NCBI RefSeq assembly: GCF_001194135.2
Contig: NC_068989.1
Location: 75,135,054 to 75,199,053 of the forward strand
DNA length: 64,000 nucleotides
From: Octopus bimaculoides
Lineage: Eukaryota
Direction of reading: 5' to 3'
Positions 34,370 to 47,271 of the stretch are shown here, piece by piece (the stretch's first letter is position 1; each line of letters opens with the position of its first letter). The notes beneath the pieces were generated by a model. It did no database searches, was not told the origin of the DNA, and saw only the letters and a program-made list of their open reading frames with translations. Position numbers and translations under genes: made by a program.

Positions 34370-36900
34370 GTATTAACAAACCTAGATCAGAACATCAACA
34401 TACTCTTCCTGGGTGATTTCAACCTTGCACATGTCAAATGGCCAGAAGGCCACATCCTCTCTGGGATGTCACTGCGTGAACAAAAGTATGTAGAATCATT
34501 ACTTGAACTTACTAGTAAGCTATTCATGGAGCAAGTGATACTCAGGCCAATGTGGGGGTAACAACATATTGGGCCTATGCTTCACAAATAATGTGGACCT
34601 TATTCATAATGTGAAGGTGACACCAACGGCACTCTCAAATCTCAACATTGTTGTACTAACTATGTATTGTCCTGTGCGAACTGTTGGTATTTACCCTATC
34701 AGGAGGACTCAAGCCTTATCCAACCTGAATTTCCATAAAGCAAAATGGGAATAAATCCGCAAAGAGATCCACAAACGAAAGTAGTCCGACATTCTCTGTA
34801 TGCAAGACATTGATCTGAAACTCAGTCAGTTTAATGTTAACAGTGCAAAGTATATGCACTAAATGTATTCCTGAAAGAAAGGCCAGTGCACTGTCAAACC
34901 AGATTCCCAAAGACAGAAAAATGCTCATGAGATGCAGGTCAAAGATCGCAAAGCAGCTGAATAGGCAACTGAAGGATAGAGAGAAGTCTGTTTTAATATG
35001 GATGCTCCTAGAAATTGAAAGCCTGATCAAATTCTCATGAAAGGGAAAGAGCAGAGAGAGAGAGAGAGAGAGAAAAGGGCTGTGGAAAGTATAAAAACAA
35101 ATCCCAAAGCTTTCTATAAATTCACAAAGGAAACAGCCTCAATACAATATAAAATGGGACCATTGTTCCAAGGGAATCACTCACTGATGGCAGACCCAGG
35201 AAGGATAAGTGAGATACTCAGTGAACAATTTAAAAGTAACTTCACTTCCCCAGTTGGACACGTGCAGATAAAAAATCCAGCTGAATTCTTTGATATTGCA
35301 GCTCTAAGAAAGGAGGTGCCCGCCATCAATTGCATCAACATTGAGGAAACAGATGTAATAGCGACCATAGATGAAATGAGCTCATGCTCTGCCACTGGTC
35401 CTGGTGGCTTCCCAGGTATTTTTCTAAAGTCATGTAAGCAGGCTTTAGCAAAACCACTTCAGAGATTTTTCCAAAGTTTCCTTGCAAGTGATATACTTCC
35501 TAATTAGCTGAAAGAAAGCATTATATGCCCTATCCACAAAGCTGGAAGCACAGTAGAGGCCAAAAACTACAGGCCAATCTCTCTGACTTCGCATATCAGT
35601 AAAGTCGTGGAGCGAATCAGCAGAAAGTAGTTGATAATGTTCCTAGAAGAAAATGACCTACTCAACAATACTCAGCATGGCTTCCATCCAGGAAGAAGCT
35701 GCCTCACACAGCTCCTGCAACACTGTGACGGGGTTTTGAAAACAGCTGCTTGACCATTCAGATGTTAGTGTGATATACCTTGACTTTGCAAAGGCATTTG
35801 ATAAAGTAGAACATAGCATGATGAGTCATAAGCTACGAGACCTTGGCATCACTGGTAAACTGGGAGAGTGGTTGCATGACTTCCTTAAAAACAGAAGTCA
35901 GGTAGTTGCAGCCAATGGTGCCCTTTCTGAGGAAACTCAAATCCTAAGTGGTGTCCCCAAGGGAACTGTTCTGGGGCCATTACTATTCATAATAGCCCTC
36001 TTAGACATGCTCACAGTCAGTCACTTGGACAGCTACTGTCACTAGCTATGCCGAAGATACAAAATTATCACAGGCAATACAAAAACCAAGATGATGTTGC
36101 AAGTTTACAGTGGGACCTAAACTCAATATACAAGTGGGCCGAAATAAAGAACATGCAGTTTAATGTTGGAAAATTTCAAGCACTGCACTATCAACACACG
36201 AATACAGTACAATTTACATTTACAGGACCTGAAAGTACTACAATCCCAGAGTCACAGGCAGTTAAAGATTTGGGGATTAGTATGTGCAATGACGCATCAT
36301 TTCATATGCATGTAAGCAAGATGGTAGCAAAGTGTAGACAGCTGGCAGGATGGATACTGAGGTCCTTCAAGACAAGGGACCAAGAAACTATGTTGACCCT
36401 GTGGAGAACCTTTGTTCTCAGCTGCCTGGACTACTGCTCCCAGTTACGGTCACCACATATTGCCAAACTAAAAGTGGAGCTTGAAGCAGTCCAACATCAC
36501 TACACTAAAAGGATTGAAACAGTGCAGCAAGTGAGCTACAGGGATAGGCTGAGAGAATTCTAAGAAAATCCTAGAAGGGCTAGTACCTAACTTTAGCATT
36601 GAATGTTATACAAATGCCAGAACTGGCTGCCATTGTATTGTACCAAAGGTACCATCCACTCCATCTAAATTCAGGACCAGGTGTTGCAATAGTCTAGGGT
36701 TCAAATGTCCATAGCTCTTCAATGCCCTGCCAAAAACATGAAGAAATTTGCATAAGGTGGAACTAGTTGTCTTCAAAAGGGAATTAGACATTCTCCTCTC
36801 TACAATACTGGATGAACTGACAGCCCGACATGAGGTACAGACGAGGGCAGCAGAATCAAACTCTTTTAAACACCAAATGTACCAACAGCTGGGATAAAGG
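34370..36900 (+). mobile_element. CR1/L2-group LINE ORF2, decayed (endonuclease C-part + RT + C-terminus)
   Basis: LGDFN, KNYRPISLTS, QHGF, YLDFAKAFDKV, SGVPKGTVLGPLLF, SYAEDTK (YADD), LDYCSQL; stops and frameshifts. Confidence 0.93.
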
Positions 36901-37094
36901 CACATACAGGAGTGGTGATGTCAAACACTCAGACTGAAGAAGTCAGAAAGACCATGGTAGTGCTCCAGCATGACCATGGCCACATGACTGAAACGAGTAA
37001 AAGAGTATATATATGTATATACATACACACATATATATACATATATACATACGTACACACATAAATATACACATACACGCATATATATACATAC

Positions 37095-37240
37095 ATACAA
37101 TGGCGTTAGGAAGGGCATCCAGCTGTAGAAACTCTGCCAAATTAGATTGGAGCCTGGTGTTGCCATCCGGTTTCACCAGTCCTCAGTCAAATCGTCCAAC
37201 CCATGCTAGCATGGAAAGCGAATGCTAAACGATGATGATG
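37095..37240 (+). mobile_element. RTE tail element
   Basis: ggcgttaggaagggcatccagctgtagaaac...atgctagcatggaaagcg. Confidence 0.85.
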
Positions 37241-37280
37241 TATATATATATATATATATGTAGGTATATGTATACGTATG

Positions 37281-37319
<39 letters not shown>

Positions 37320-37329
37320 ATATATATGT

Positions 37330-38160
37330 ATGTATATATTTACATAGGAGCCAGGAGCCAGTCAGGCGGGCCTGGCATTGATCACGTTTGGATGGTGCTT
37401 TTTACGTGCCTCCGGCACAAGAGCCAGTCAGGGAGTACTGGCATCAACCATGTTTGGATGGTACTGTTTACATGCCACTGGACTGGGAGCCAGTAGGGGG
37501 CACTGGCCCCAGCTACGATAGTGGTGTTACTTGACTCAACAGGTCTTCTCAAGCATATGATATCGCCTGACACACCAGGGGTATTCTTAACAGGGCCAGA
37601 CATACGTGACTGCAATCTCACTTTAGTTGCCGGGTCTTCTCAATCTCAGCGTATCTCCAAAGGTCTCAGTCTCCTGTCATTACCTCTGTGAGACCCAATG
37701 TTTGAAGGTCATGCTTCACCACCTCATCCCATGTCTTCCTGGGTCTACTTCTTCCACAGGTTCCTTCGACAGTTAGGAAGTGGCTCTTCCTCACACAGCT
37801 GTTTTCATTCATACATAACGCATGGCCATACCAGCGCAGTCGCCTCTCTTGCATGCCACATTTGATGCTTCTTATGCCCAACTTTTCTCTCAAGGCGCTT
37901 ACACTATCGTGTATGCACACTGACATTACACATCCAGCGGATCATACTAGCTTCATTTCTTTCAAGCCTACGCATGTCCTTAGCAGTTATGGCTCAGGTT
38001 TCACTGTCATGTAGCATGGCAGTTCGCACACATGCATTATACAGTCTACCTTTCACTCTGAGCGAGAAGCCCTTAGTTGCCAGCAGAGGTAGGAGCTCCT
38101 GAACTTTGCCCAGGCTGTTTTTACTCTAGTCGCTACACTCTCATGATGCTTCTTGTCCAT
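37330..38160 (-). mobile_element. 5'-truncated RTE LINE 3' end with 3'UTR
   Basis: QERRLRWYGHALCMNENSCVRK...GRSRPRKTWDEVVKHDL. Confidence 0.9.
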
Positions 38161-38910
38161 GGGGGAGGAGGAGGGTTGAGTTGGGTCTTGTTTGGATTAT
38201 TTCGTGGGGGAAAAGGGTTTTTGTAGGGTTGGGGGNNNNNNNNNNNNNNNNNNNNNNNNNNNNNNNNNNNNNNNNNNNNNNNNNNNNNNNNNNNNNNNNN
38301 NNNNNNNNNNNNNNNNNNNNNNNNNNNNNNNNNNNNNNNNNNNNNNNNNNNNNNNNNNNNNNNNNNNNNNNNNNNNNNNNNNNNNNNNNNNNNNNNNNNN
38401 NNNNNNNNNNNNNNNNNNNNNNNNNNNNNNNNNNNNNNNNNNNNNNNNNNNNNNNNNNNNNNNNNNNNNNNNNNNNNNNNNNNNNNNNNNNNNNNNNNNN
38501 NNNNNNNNNNNNNNNNNNNNNNNNNNNNNNNNNNNNNNNNNNNNNNNNNNNNNNNNNNNNNNNNNNNNNNNNNNNNNNNNNNNNNNNNNNNNNNNNNNNN
38601 NNNNNNNNNNNNNNNNNNNNNNNNNNNNNNNNNNNNNNNNNNNNNNNNNNNNNNNNNNNNNNNNNNNNNNNNNNNNNNNNNNNNNNNNNNNNNNNNNNNN
38701 NNNNNNNNNNNNNNNNNNNNNNNNNNNNNNNNNNNNNNNNNNNNNNNNNNNNNNNNNNNNNNNNNNNNNNNNNNNNNNNNNNNNNNNNNNNNNNNNNNNN
38801 NNNNNNNNNNNNNNNNNNNNNNNNNNNNNNNNNNNNNNNNNNNNNNNNNNNNNNNNNNNNNNNNNNNNNNNNNNNNNNNNNNNNNNNNNNNNNNNNNNNN
38901 NNNNNNNNNN

Positions 38911-39370
38911 AATAACCAAATCACAACCGACATCTACCACAAACCTACAAACTCACAACAATACCTCCTTTTCAGCTCATGCCACCCAAAACACACCAAG
39001 ATAAATATCCCCTTCAATTTAGCTAAAAGAATTTGCACCATTGTCTCTGACCCAACCACTCGAGAAATACGCTTACAATACCTCAAAAAAACACTATTAC
39101 AAAGCCAATATCCCTCCACACTCATAGATTTTGGCATAAAACGTGCCAAGGAACTTGACAAAAACACACTAAAAACCAACCAACACAATAATACACCCAA
39201 CCCCAAAATACTTCCATACCCAAAACATCGAAGCATACACCACAATCCAACAAAACCTCCCCTTACTCACCACAGACCCGAAAATGAACAATTTCATTAA
39301 TACACACAAAGTCCTTAAATGCAAAAGGCAACACAAAACTTTGAAAAAACTCTTAACCAATGCCAAACTG
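38911..39370 (+). mobile_element. Penelope-like element fragment (RT thumb/linker), between two gaps
   Basis: NQITTDIYHKPTNSQQYLLFSSCHPKHTKINIPFNLAKRICTIVSD...LQSQYPSTLI; frameshift into KCKRQHKTLKKLLTNAKL. Confidence 0.9.
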
Positions 39371-40414
39371 NNNNNNNNNNNNNNNNNNNNNNNNNNNNNN
39401 NNNNNNNNNNNNNNNNNNNNNNNNNNNNNNNNNNNNNNNNNNNNNNNNNNNNNNNNNNNNNNNNNNNNNNNNNNNNNNNNNNNNNNNNNNNNNNNNNNNN
39501 NNNNNNNNNNNNNNNNNNNNNNNNNNNNNNNNNNNNNNNNNNNNNNNNNNNNNNNNNNNNNNNNNNNNNNNNNNNNNNNNNNNNNNNNNNNNNNNNNNNN
39601 NNNNNNNNNNNNNNNNNNNNNNNNNNNNNNNNNNNNNNNNNNNNNNNNNNNNNNNNNNNNNNNNNNNNNNNNNNNNNNNNNNNNNNNNNNNNNNNNNNNN
39701 NNNNNNNNNNNNNNNNNNNNNNNNNNNNNNNNNNNNNNNNNNNNNNNNNNNNNNNNNNNNNNNNNNNNNNNNNNNNNNNNNNNNNNNNNNNNNNNNNNNN
39801 NNNNNNNNNNNNNNNNNNNNNNNNNNNNNNNNNNNNNNNNNNNNNNNNNNNNNNNNNNNNNNNNNNNNNNNNNNNNNNNNNNNNNNNNNNNNNNNNNNNN
39901 NNNNNNNNNNNNNNNNNNNNNNNNNNNNNNNNNNNNNNNNNNNNNNNNNNNNNNNNNNNNNNNNNNNNNNNNNNNNNNNNNNNNNNNNNNNNNNNNNNNN
40001 NNNNNNNNNNNNNNNNNNNNNNNNNNNNNNNNNNNNNNNNNNNNNNNNNNNNNNNNNNNNNNNNNNNNNNNNNNNNNNNNNNNNNNNNNNNNNNNNNNNN
40101 NNNNNNNNNNNNNNNNNNNNNNNNNNNNNNNNNNNNNNNNNNNNNNNNNNNNNNNNNNNNNNNNNNNNNNNNTAATGTATTGGTATATTTATTTTTTTAT
40201 ATATTATTTTTTTTTACATATTTTTCATTTTTTACTTTTTTGTAAAAAACATTTTCATTCTCTCTCTTCTTGAAAATTTGCCATGCAATGAAACCCGGTT
40301 AGAAATCTATATTAAAATATGCTTTCAGTTTAGCATTCTGCCTTATTATTATTTTTCATTTTCCTATTATTTCTCCACGTGCGGTTGACACAACCCCACT
40401 ATTTACTGACTTAT

Positions 40415-40650
40415 ATATATGTGTGTGTGTGTGTATATGTTTGTGTGTCTGTGTTTGCCCCCACCCTCCCATCGCTTGACAACCGATGCTGGTGTGTTTA
40501 CATCCCCGTAACCTAGCAGTTCGGCATAAGAGACCGATAGAATAAGTACTAGGCTTACAAAGAATAAGTCCTGGGGGTCGATGTACTCGACTAAAGGCGG
40601 TGCTCCAACATGGCCGCAGTCAAATGACTGAAACCAGTAAAAGAGTATAT
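40415..40650 (+). mobile_element. SINE family A, 3' half
   Basis: catcgcttgacaaccgatgctgg...gactgaaaccagtaaaagag. Confidence 0.85.
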
Positions 40651-41224
40651 ATGTAACTAATTTTTATTTTTCAAAACGTAATAACCTTTTCATGTAATAA
40701 AATAAATGATTTATAATAGCATATCTTTATGACCCTTTTAATTTCTCGTGCTTGTGTACACACACTCTCAGCAAAAACCTTTGACTTGTATAATAAAACT
40801 GCAGACGTAATGGTTAACAAAGTGAAGTAAAAATATAGGACTCAACTATATGAAATTTATCTGTCAGAGCTCTCTCTCACATTCTTTCACTTATTCCTCC
40901 ACCTCCAATTTTAGATAGCGCGGGAACTCTCTCGACACAAATTAGTTGAACACATGTTAACCTACTCTTTCGTCTAGTGTTAAGTTTATTTCTCGGTAGC
41001 CGGGTGTTTCTATAGACGTTTATTCTATTGCCTCATGTTCGTCCTTTATTTCGACAGCATTGTGGCGGAGGTGGAGGTGGAGGTGTGGGTTGAGATGGGG
41101 TTTAAATTTTGTGTGAAGCTAATTGAATTTTTTTTTTTTTTTGAAAGAAGAACTGTTATTAAACTTAAACTAGTTTTTTTCCCCCCCTGAAAGTACAGTA
41201 CTTCAGTCTAGTTTTAGCAGTGTA

Positions 41225-41261
<37 letters not shown>

Positions 41262-42014
41262 GTAATTTTTTTGCATTTTCTGTTTTATTATTTTTTGATG
41301 GCTAATGATCGGTTCGTTTCAACTGTGGTGTTTGTAACAAAGAAGTACTTTTTGAGAAGAGTTATTTATCCAGTGACCTGAAATATAGTCCCCCCCCCCC
41401 AAAAAAAAGGAAGGCAAACAATCTCTCGTCTAATCTAAACACCATAAATAAATAAAGTGATTAGACAAATAGTTTAACTCACTTAGCATAGCTTTCACAC
41501 AACGAACTGAACAATTCATATAAATGACATTACATGGGTGTTTTGCGGAGTGGTAGGGGTGGAAGCGTGCTTTATTCAACATTCTATTCAAAACAATGAA
41601 TCCAAAAGACATGCATTCAATCAGCCTTACATCGAAGTTTTTATGTGACCTTTTCTCCAGGATTTGATCATCCTTCGTCAGTACAAGTTCAATCACTGCA
41701 ATGATGATGGTGATGGCTGTGTGCAAGTGATAACTCCAGGCAATAGTTTACATTTGTTTATATATATTTTTCTTCACTAGATTGTTTGAAGAACAGAATC
41801 TGTTTTCAGAACTGAATTATAAGCATTGAAGAGAAATGTATGTTTGATAGAGGTGACACCATGTAACTGGTATTCAGTGAATGTAGGTTAACTTAATGGG
41901 CACATGTGTTGATATTTAAAAAGAGAACATTGGTGTGCTTTTTTTTTTTTTACCTTGGTGTATAAAGTTACATATTAAAGGCACGAGTTTTTTTTTTGTA
42001 TACTTTTGTTTCTT

Positions 42015-42470
42015 CGTGGCTGTATGGTAAGAAGCTTGCTTCCCAACCTCATGGTTCCGGGTTCAGTTCCACTGCATGGCACCTTGGGCAAGTGTCTTCT
42101 ACTATAGCCTTGGTTCGACCAAAGCCTTGTAAGTGGATTTGGTAGACTGAAACTGAAAGAAGCCTGTCGTATATGTATATATTCGTGTGTTAGTGTCTGC
42201 GTTTGTCCCTCCACCATCGTTTGACAACCGATCTTGGTGTGTTTTCGTCCCTGTAACTTAACGGTTCGGCAAAAGAGACGGATATAATAAATCCCAGGCT
42301 TACAAAGAATCAGTCCAGGGGTCGATATTTAAAAAGACTAATCGGTCCTGAAAAAATGACAGGCAAAGTTGCTTTTGGTGGAATCTCAACTCAGAACACA
42401 AAGAACTTGGATAAATACTGGAAAGTATTTCTTATGATGCTCTAACGATTTAACCAGGTTGCTGCCTTTT
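42015..42470. mobile_element. SINE A (+, 42015-42330) abutting SINE B (-, 42330-42470)
   Basis: Matches to family copies. Confidence 0.8.
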
Positions 42471-42520
42471 TAAAAATGATATATATCTATGTGCGTGTGT
42501 GTATATAACACACACATACA

Positions 42521-42738
42521 CACGAGGTGGGGCTGAAAAGACCCTGGCTTTGGATAAAAGAAAATACAAGAGGATCAGTTAATTATGATTTTATTAAATG
42601 TATTCCCCACTCAGATTCACACACTTATTGCAGCAGTCCTTCAGTTTTTCTAAGCCTTATAAAAGGACTCAGAAGGTTGGGCCTCCAACCAGGTCTTACG
42701 TAATACCTTTAAAGCCAGAAATTTTTTAGTACTCCCTC

Positions 42739-42743
<5 letters not shown>
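42521..42743. mobile_element. Mariner-type MITE
   Basis: Ends cacgaggtggggctgaaaagaccctggcttt and aaagccagaaattttttagtactccctcatgTA are imperfect TIRs. Confidence 0.6.
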
Positions 42744-42784
<41 letters not shown>

Positions 42785-44279
42785 TGATATTCATTTGCAT
42801 CAATAGTCATCTGTGGATATGTTGAGGTGCTGTCTTTTGCTAAGAGAGAGGTGAATATGAACCCTAACATGTTATTGAAACCACATTTAGATGCTTTGTG
42901 GGAATAACTACAGATATATGACCCTTCTTTCTGAGGTGCTGCTTTTTAAAAATCTCTGTTGTCATCTGCTCAACTGTTATAATTGTCTTCATAATGTAAG
43001 CAGTTATTAGGTTCTGCACCCCCTCCATATTTTTTTTTTTTTTTAACTTAGCTGATATGTGAAATCAGAGAAATATGTTGGTATTTATTATCTATGGTTT
43101 GCTTCCTCTCTTAAGGCAGTCTTTAAGAGGGGAATTTTGGAATGTTGTTAGCGAATTTATACATTTGCATTTGTGCAAGAAGGTGGCAAAATACAAGTGA
43201 ATTTTCATATCTTATGGCAGCAAAGACTAGGATTTTTGTCTTTTGATTCAGAAACTACTTTGGCATTCAGCAGTTCTACAAAAGGCTCAAGTAGGACCCC
43301 ACACTGGGATACTATTTCCCCACACTGGGATACTATTTTCACATATGGGTAGTGCTATTATTGCACACGTTTCCTCTACCCTGGCCATGAAACTGATTAT
43401 CACAAAGTGACTCACAACTGCACTGCTACCAGTCTCGTAGACATGCTATCTCCTTGTTCTACTTTTACTTTTACTTCTCCCATGGCCATCTCTTCTTTAG
43501 AGATGGCTGGTCTCTTCCTGTTGTCACCCATATTCTGCCCACCACTCATTCTCTCATTAATTACTATGGCAGTCTTTCTTCTCAGAAGCATTAGGCCTCT
43601 GGAATTCCATTCTCTGTTCTTATATACATATATGTATTAAGTTGATATTTGAAACTTGAATTAACATGAAGTTTTTAAAAGTTTGTACCATAAAGCCAGA
43701 GGTAATCTCAGGCAGGTTGGTATTAGAGTTAAGCTATTTTATTACTGTCAAAAAGATTTTTTAGTTAACTCTTGTGGAATTTGAACTCATAGTAAAATAA
43801 TTGTCGTTTAAAGATAGGTTTGTGAGTGTGGACTATCATAGACGTAGTTGGCATTAGTCACAAGTTGGAGTGAACATTTGTTTCTGGACATTTGTGTAAG
43901 CTGCTGTAAGAGTTAAGGGTAAAGTTGAAAATTGAATCTATGTTGCTTTGCTAACTGAAAGAGCTAGATACAAGAAGTTCCAAAGTCGGTTTTCTTTTGG
44001 GGAAAGAAAATTAATACACTTGTAAGCACAGGTGTGGCTGTATGGTAAGAAGTTTGCTTCCCAACCACATGGTTTCAGGTTCCATCCCACTGTGTGACAC
44101 CTTGGGTAAGTGTCTTCTATATATCTGTGTGTGTTACTCTCTCCTTATCTATGATAGTTGTAAATGAGTGTCACTGTTATGCAAGCAGTGTTTTCATTAA
44201 TTTTGAAAATAATCAATGAATTTGGAAATATTTAGTGTAAAATAATCACAATTTTTCATCATCATTATTGTTATCATCA

Positions 44280-44745
44280 TTGTGTGAGAGAGCAATGCCT
44301 GCCATCAAAGTGACACTGGGGTAAAATATACCAAGCTTAGTATACCCATCATGACTACTCATCTGATAAGGGTACACCAGGCACCTGCATCACAACCATG
44401 ACATGGTGATCTCATACCAAGATGAACAGCACATGACCTTGCAGGTGGAGCTCAGAATTTTCTTCAGATTGAGTAGCCCATCCTGCTCAAATGGTCCCCT
44501 GTTGAACGAAACACCCATGTTTTCAGAGGTGTATTATTCCAACCCCAATGAATTCCTCTCAACACATGGCTATGATGCTCTCCCACTATTTCTGCTCGTG
44601 ATCAAAGATGCACATATCGTCAGCCACTAAGGGACATGCTCAACTGGTTAAGGTCAAACATCTGACAAGCAAATCTGTGGAATTGAGCAGAATATTTGTT
44701 GTAGCCCATCTTTTATGCCAAGACAAAACAATGTACATGATAACA
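44280..44745. repeat. Interspersed repeat, probably a LINE 5' region (unclassified)
   Basis: GC-richer segment bounded by simple repeats; family recognised only loosely. Confidence 0.4.
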
Positions 44746-44789
44746 CATTATTATTATTAGTGGTGGTGGTAGTAGCAGCAGTAGTAGTA

Positions 44790-45010
44790 GTAGTAGTGCT
44801 CTAGCAGAATCATTAGCATACAGGACAAAATACTTAGCAGCATTTCATCTGTCATTACCATCTGAGTTCAAATTCTGCCAAGGCCTACCTTGTATTTCAT
44901 CCTTCCAGGGTTGATAAAATAAGAACCAGTTGAGCACTGGGGTTGATGTAATTGACTTAACTTCCTTTCTCATAACTGCTGGTTTTATGCTAAAGTTTGA
45001 AACCATTATT
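44790..45010 (+). mobile_element. SINE family B, diverged
   Basis: ctagcagaatcattagca...tctgagttcaaattctgcc...catccttccaggggttgataaaataag. Confidence 0.75.
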
Positions 45011-46059
45011 ATTATTATCGACTGGTTTCACACCCGTATCTCATAGCAAAGAACATTGGTAACCCTCTTGCTTTCAATCTCTCCTTTAGGTAGATATACT
45101 AATTGTCTAGCTGCATGGTGCTGTTTGTTATTACCCTCTTCCTTTCTCTTCTGGCTTGTTCCCTTACTTTTTCTGACTCTGTTTACCTTGCTATTCCATC
45201 ATTATGTCACCCATCACCTGGTAGGTATCTTATTCTATCCACAAACTTTTGTCTGTTGAATCGAAAAGATATTTTATATTTCTTGGTATTTATCTTACAT
45301 TTCTTAATGTTAATCCTAGTTTTGCTCTACTTCTTCAATCCTCTTGCTAATTATTTTATCTGTAGTTTGGCTTTACTGTTTAATACTGCAGATTATCAGC
45401 TAGCATTACTCCCCTCTCTCTCTCTCTACTATTATTTTCCTAAAATAAGATCAGGTGGAACGTTTTTCAGACACTTTTAAAGTTTATAACTGTCTGTCCG
45501 TCTCTCTTTCTCATTTTATGTATTTGTGTGTGTACACTTCAGATAACTAGTAAAATATAACTAAAAATTAATCTTACTTACTGAACCAGACTCCTCCAAC
45601 ACTACTTAATACACTAATATATGAAAAGGATCCATGTTGAGTCATTGAGGTCAAGGACTAGTGAAACTTCAATGTTACTCATCACCTTTCCTATGCAAAA
45701 ACAAGTGCATTAACTGTTTGTTTTCAGTGCTTCTTCAGACCGGTCTGTGTGTATCATGTAAAGCTAGAGATGGGAACAATGATTCCCCCTCGCAAATACT
45801 AATCGGACACAGACAGTGTGTTATTAGCCAGCTGGAGGAGATGTCCTCTTGGGGTTAAAAACAATAGTAGCATCATAGCATCATCCTCTATGGGACTGCC
45901 ACATTTAGTTGGCAATTATATTTTACGATATAGTAAAATAGTTTTGTCATTAATAAGCAGATGCCTGAAGTAATTTGACACAAAATTTTAATTGGGTCAC
46001 TTTAAAATGGGGATGTTTGTACCATAGAGCCAAGGTCAGTCTTTGGGGAGTTCATATTA

Positions 46060-46575
46060 AAAGGGTTGGGCAAATGTTTTCTACTATAGACCTGGGCTCA
46101 CCAAAGCTTTGTGAGTGGATTTGGTTGATGAAAACCGAAAGAAGCTCTTTATGTGTATGTATGTTTGGTGGTGGTGATGCCACATAAAAATCCCCCAGTA
46201 CACTGTAAAGTGGTTGGCATTTGGAAGGGCATACAGCTGTAGAAACAAAGCTGAAACAGATTATGGAAACTGGTGTGGCTCCTGTCAAGCCGTTCAACCC
46301 ACGACAGCAAGGAAAATGATGTTAGATGATTGTGTGTGTTTGTACTTGTGTGTACTCTTGTCCTAACATCAGGTGATGGTTGTAAACGCACTTCAGTCAT
46401 ACAAGCAGTGTTGTCGATTTCCGGTCTTTCGTGGAAAACATGTATGGCCACGAGAAAATATCTTGCGTGAAAAAAGTGAGGGTTGGTGACAGAAAGGGCA
46501 CCTGGATACAAAAAAATCTACCTCAACAAATTCCATTTAACCCATGCAAGCCTGGAAAAGTGAACATTAAATGAA
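46060..46575 (+). mobile_element. Cluster: SINE A fragment, RTE tail element, and family D element (tail acccatgcaagc.tggaaaagtg.acattaaa)
   Basis: Matches to 55040-55300 and 59900-60140. Confidence 0.7.
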
Positions 46576-46586
46576 AATTTTATATA

Positions 46587-47271
46587 TTAGGCCATCCCAT
46601 AAGTACTGTCCGATTTTACTTTTTTAAAAATTGAATGAAATTTAATAGCATTTTAGAATGTCTAATGGAATTAAAAAATATTTTTATGCATTTGTGTACA
46701 TTTAAACTAATTAAATATTATTTTACAGAATAATAGAATTAAAATTTCTTTGATTAAAACTCTTCCTAACATGGAAGTATCCAAAGAGCATTTGAGGTAC
46801 ATAATGCTTTATGAGTACAAAAAAGGAAACTCTGCAACCAAAGCGACTCGAAGCAGACACTCAGTTTATGGGAAAGAATGCTTGAATGAAAGAACTTGCA
46901 GAAGATGGTTTGCAAAATTCAGAAGTGGAGATTTCAGCCTTGAAGATGAAGATCGAACAGGACGTCCAGTTGAGTTTGATGATAAGCTCCTTGAGGCATT
47001 ACTTGAAGAAAATCCTGCATTATCAGTTGAAGAATTGGCAATAAAGCTTAGTTCAAACTATACAACTGTTCATCGTCATCTTCAACAACTTGGAAAGGTT
47101 CCTAAATTTGGAAAATGGGTGCCTGATGAAGTGTCCGAAAGCAACTGCAAATCCCGAGTTGACATCTGCTCTTCTCTCCATTCTCATGAACTCATTTCAG
47201 GCTTTTTGGATAGACCTGTGATGGTGATGAAAAATGGATCTTCTATCGAAATGTTAAATGTAAACAGTGGC
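46587..47271 (+). mobile_element. Mariner (Tc1/mariner) transposon 5' half: left TIR plus transposase pseudogene from ATG 46771
   Basis: TA-ttaggccatcccataagt TIR; HTH domains (ERTCRRWFAKFRSGDFSLEDEDRTGRP), GKWVP motif; 1-nt frameshift just before GDEKW; runs into an N gap. Confidence 0.93.

Noticed and set aside
41300-41385. Possible C/D-box snoRNA (aatgatcg...ctga, about 80 nt)
   Set aside because: Imperfect C box, no terminal stem, and no rRNA-complementary guide that I could identify.
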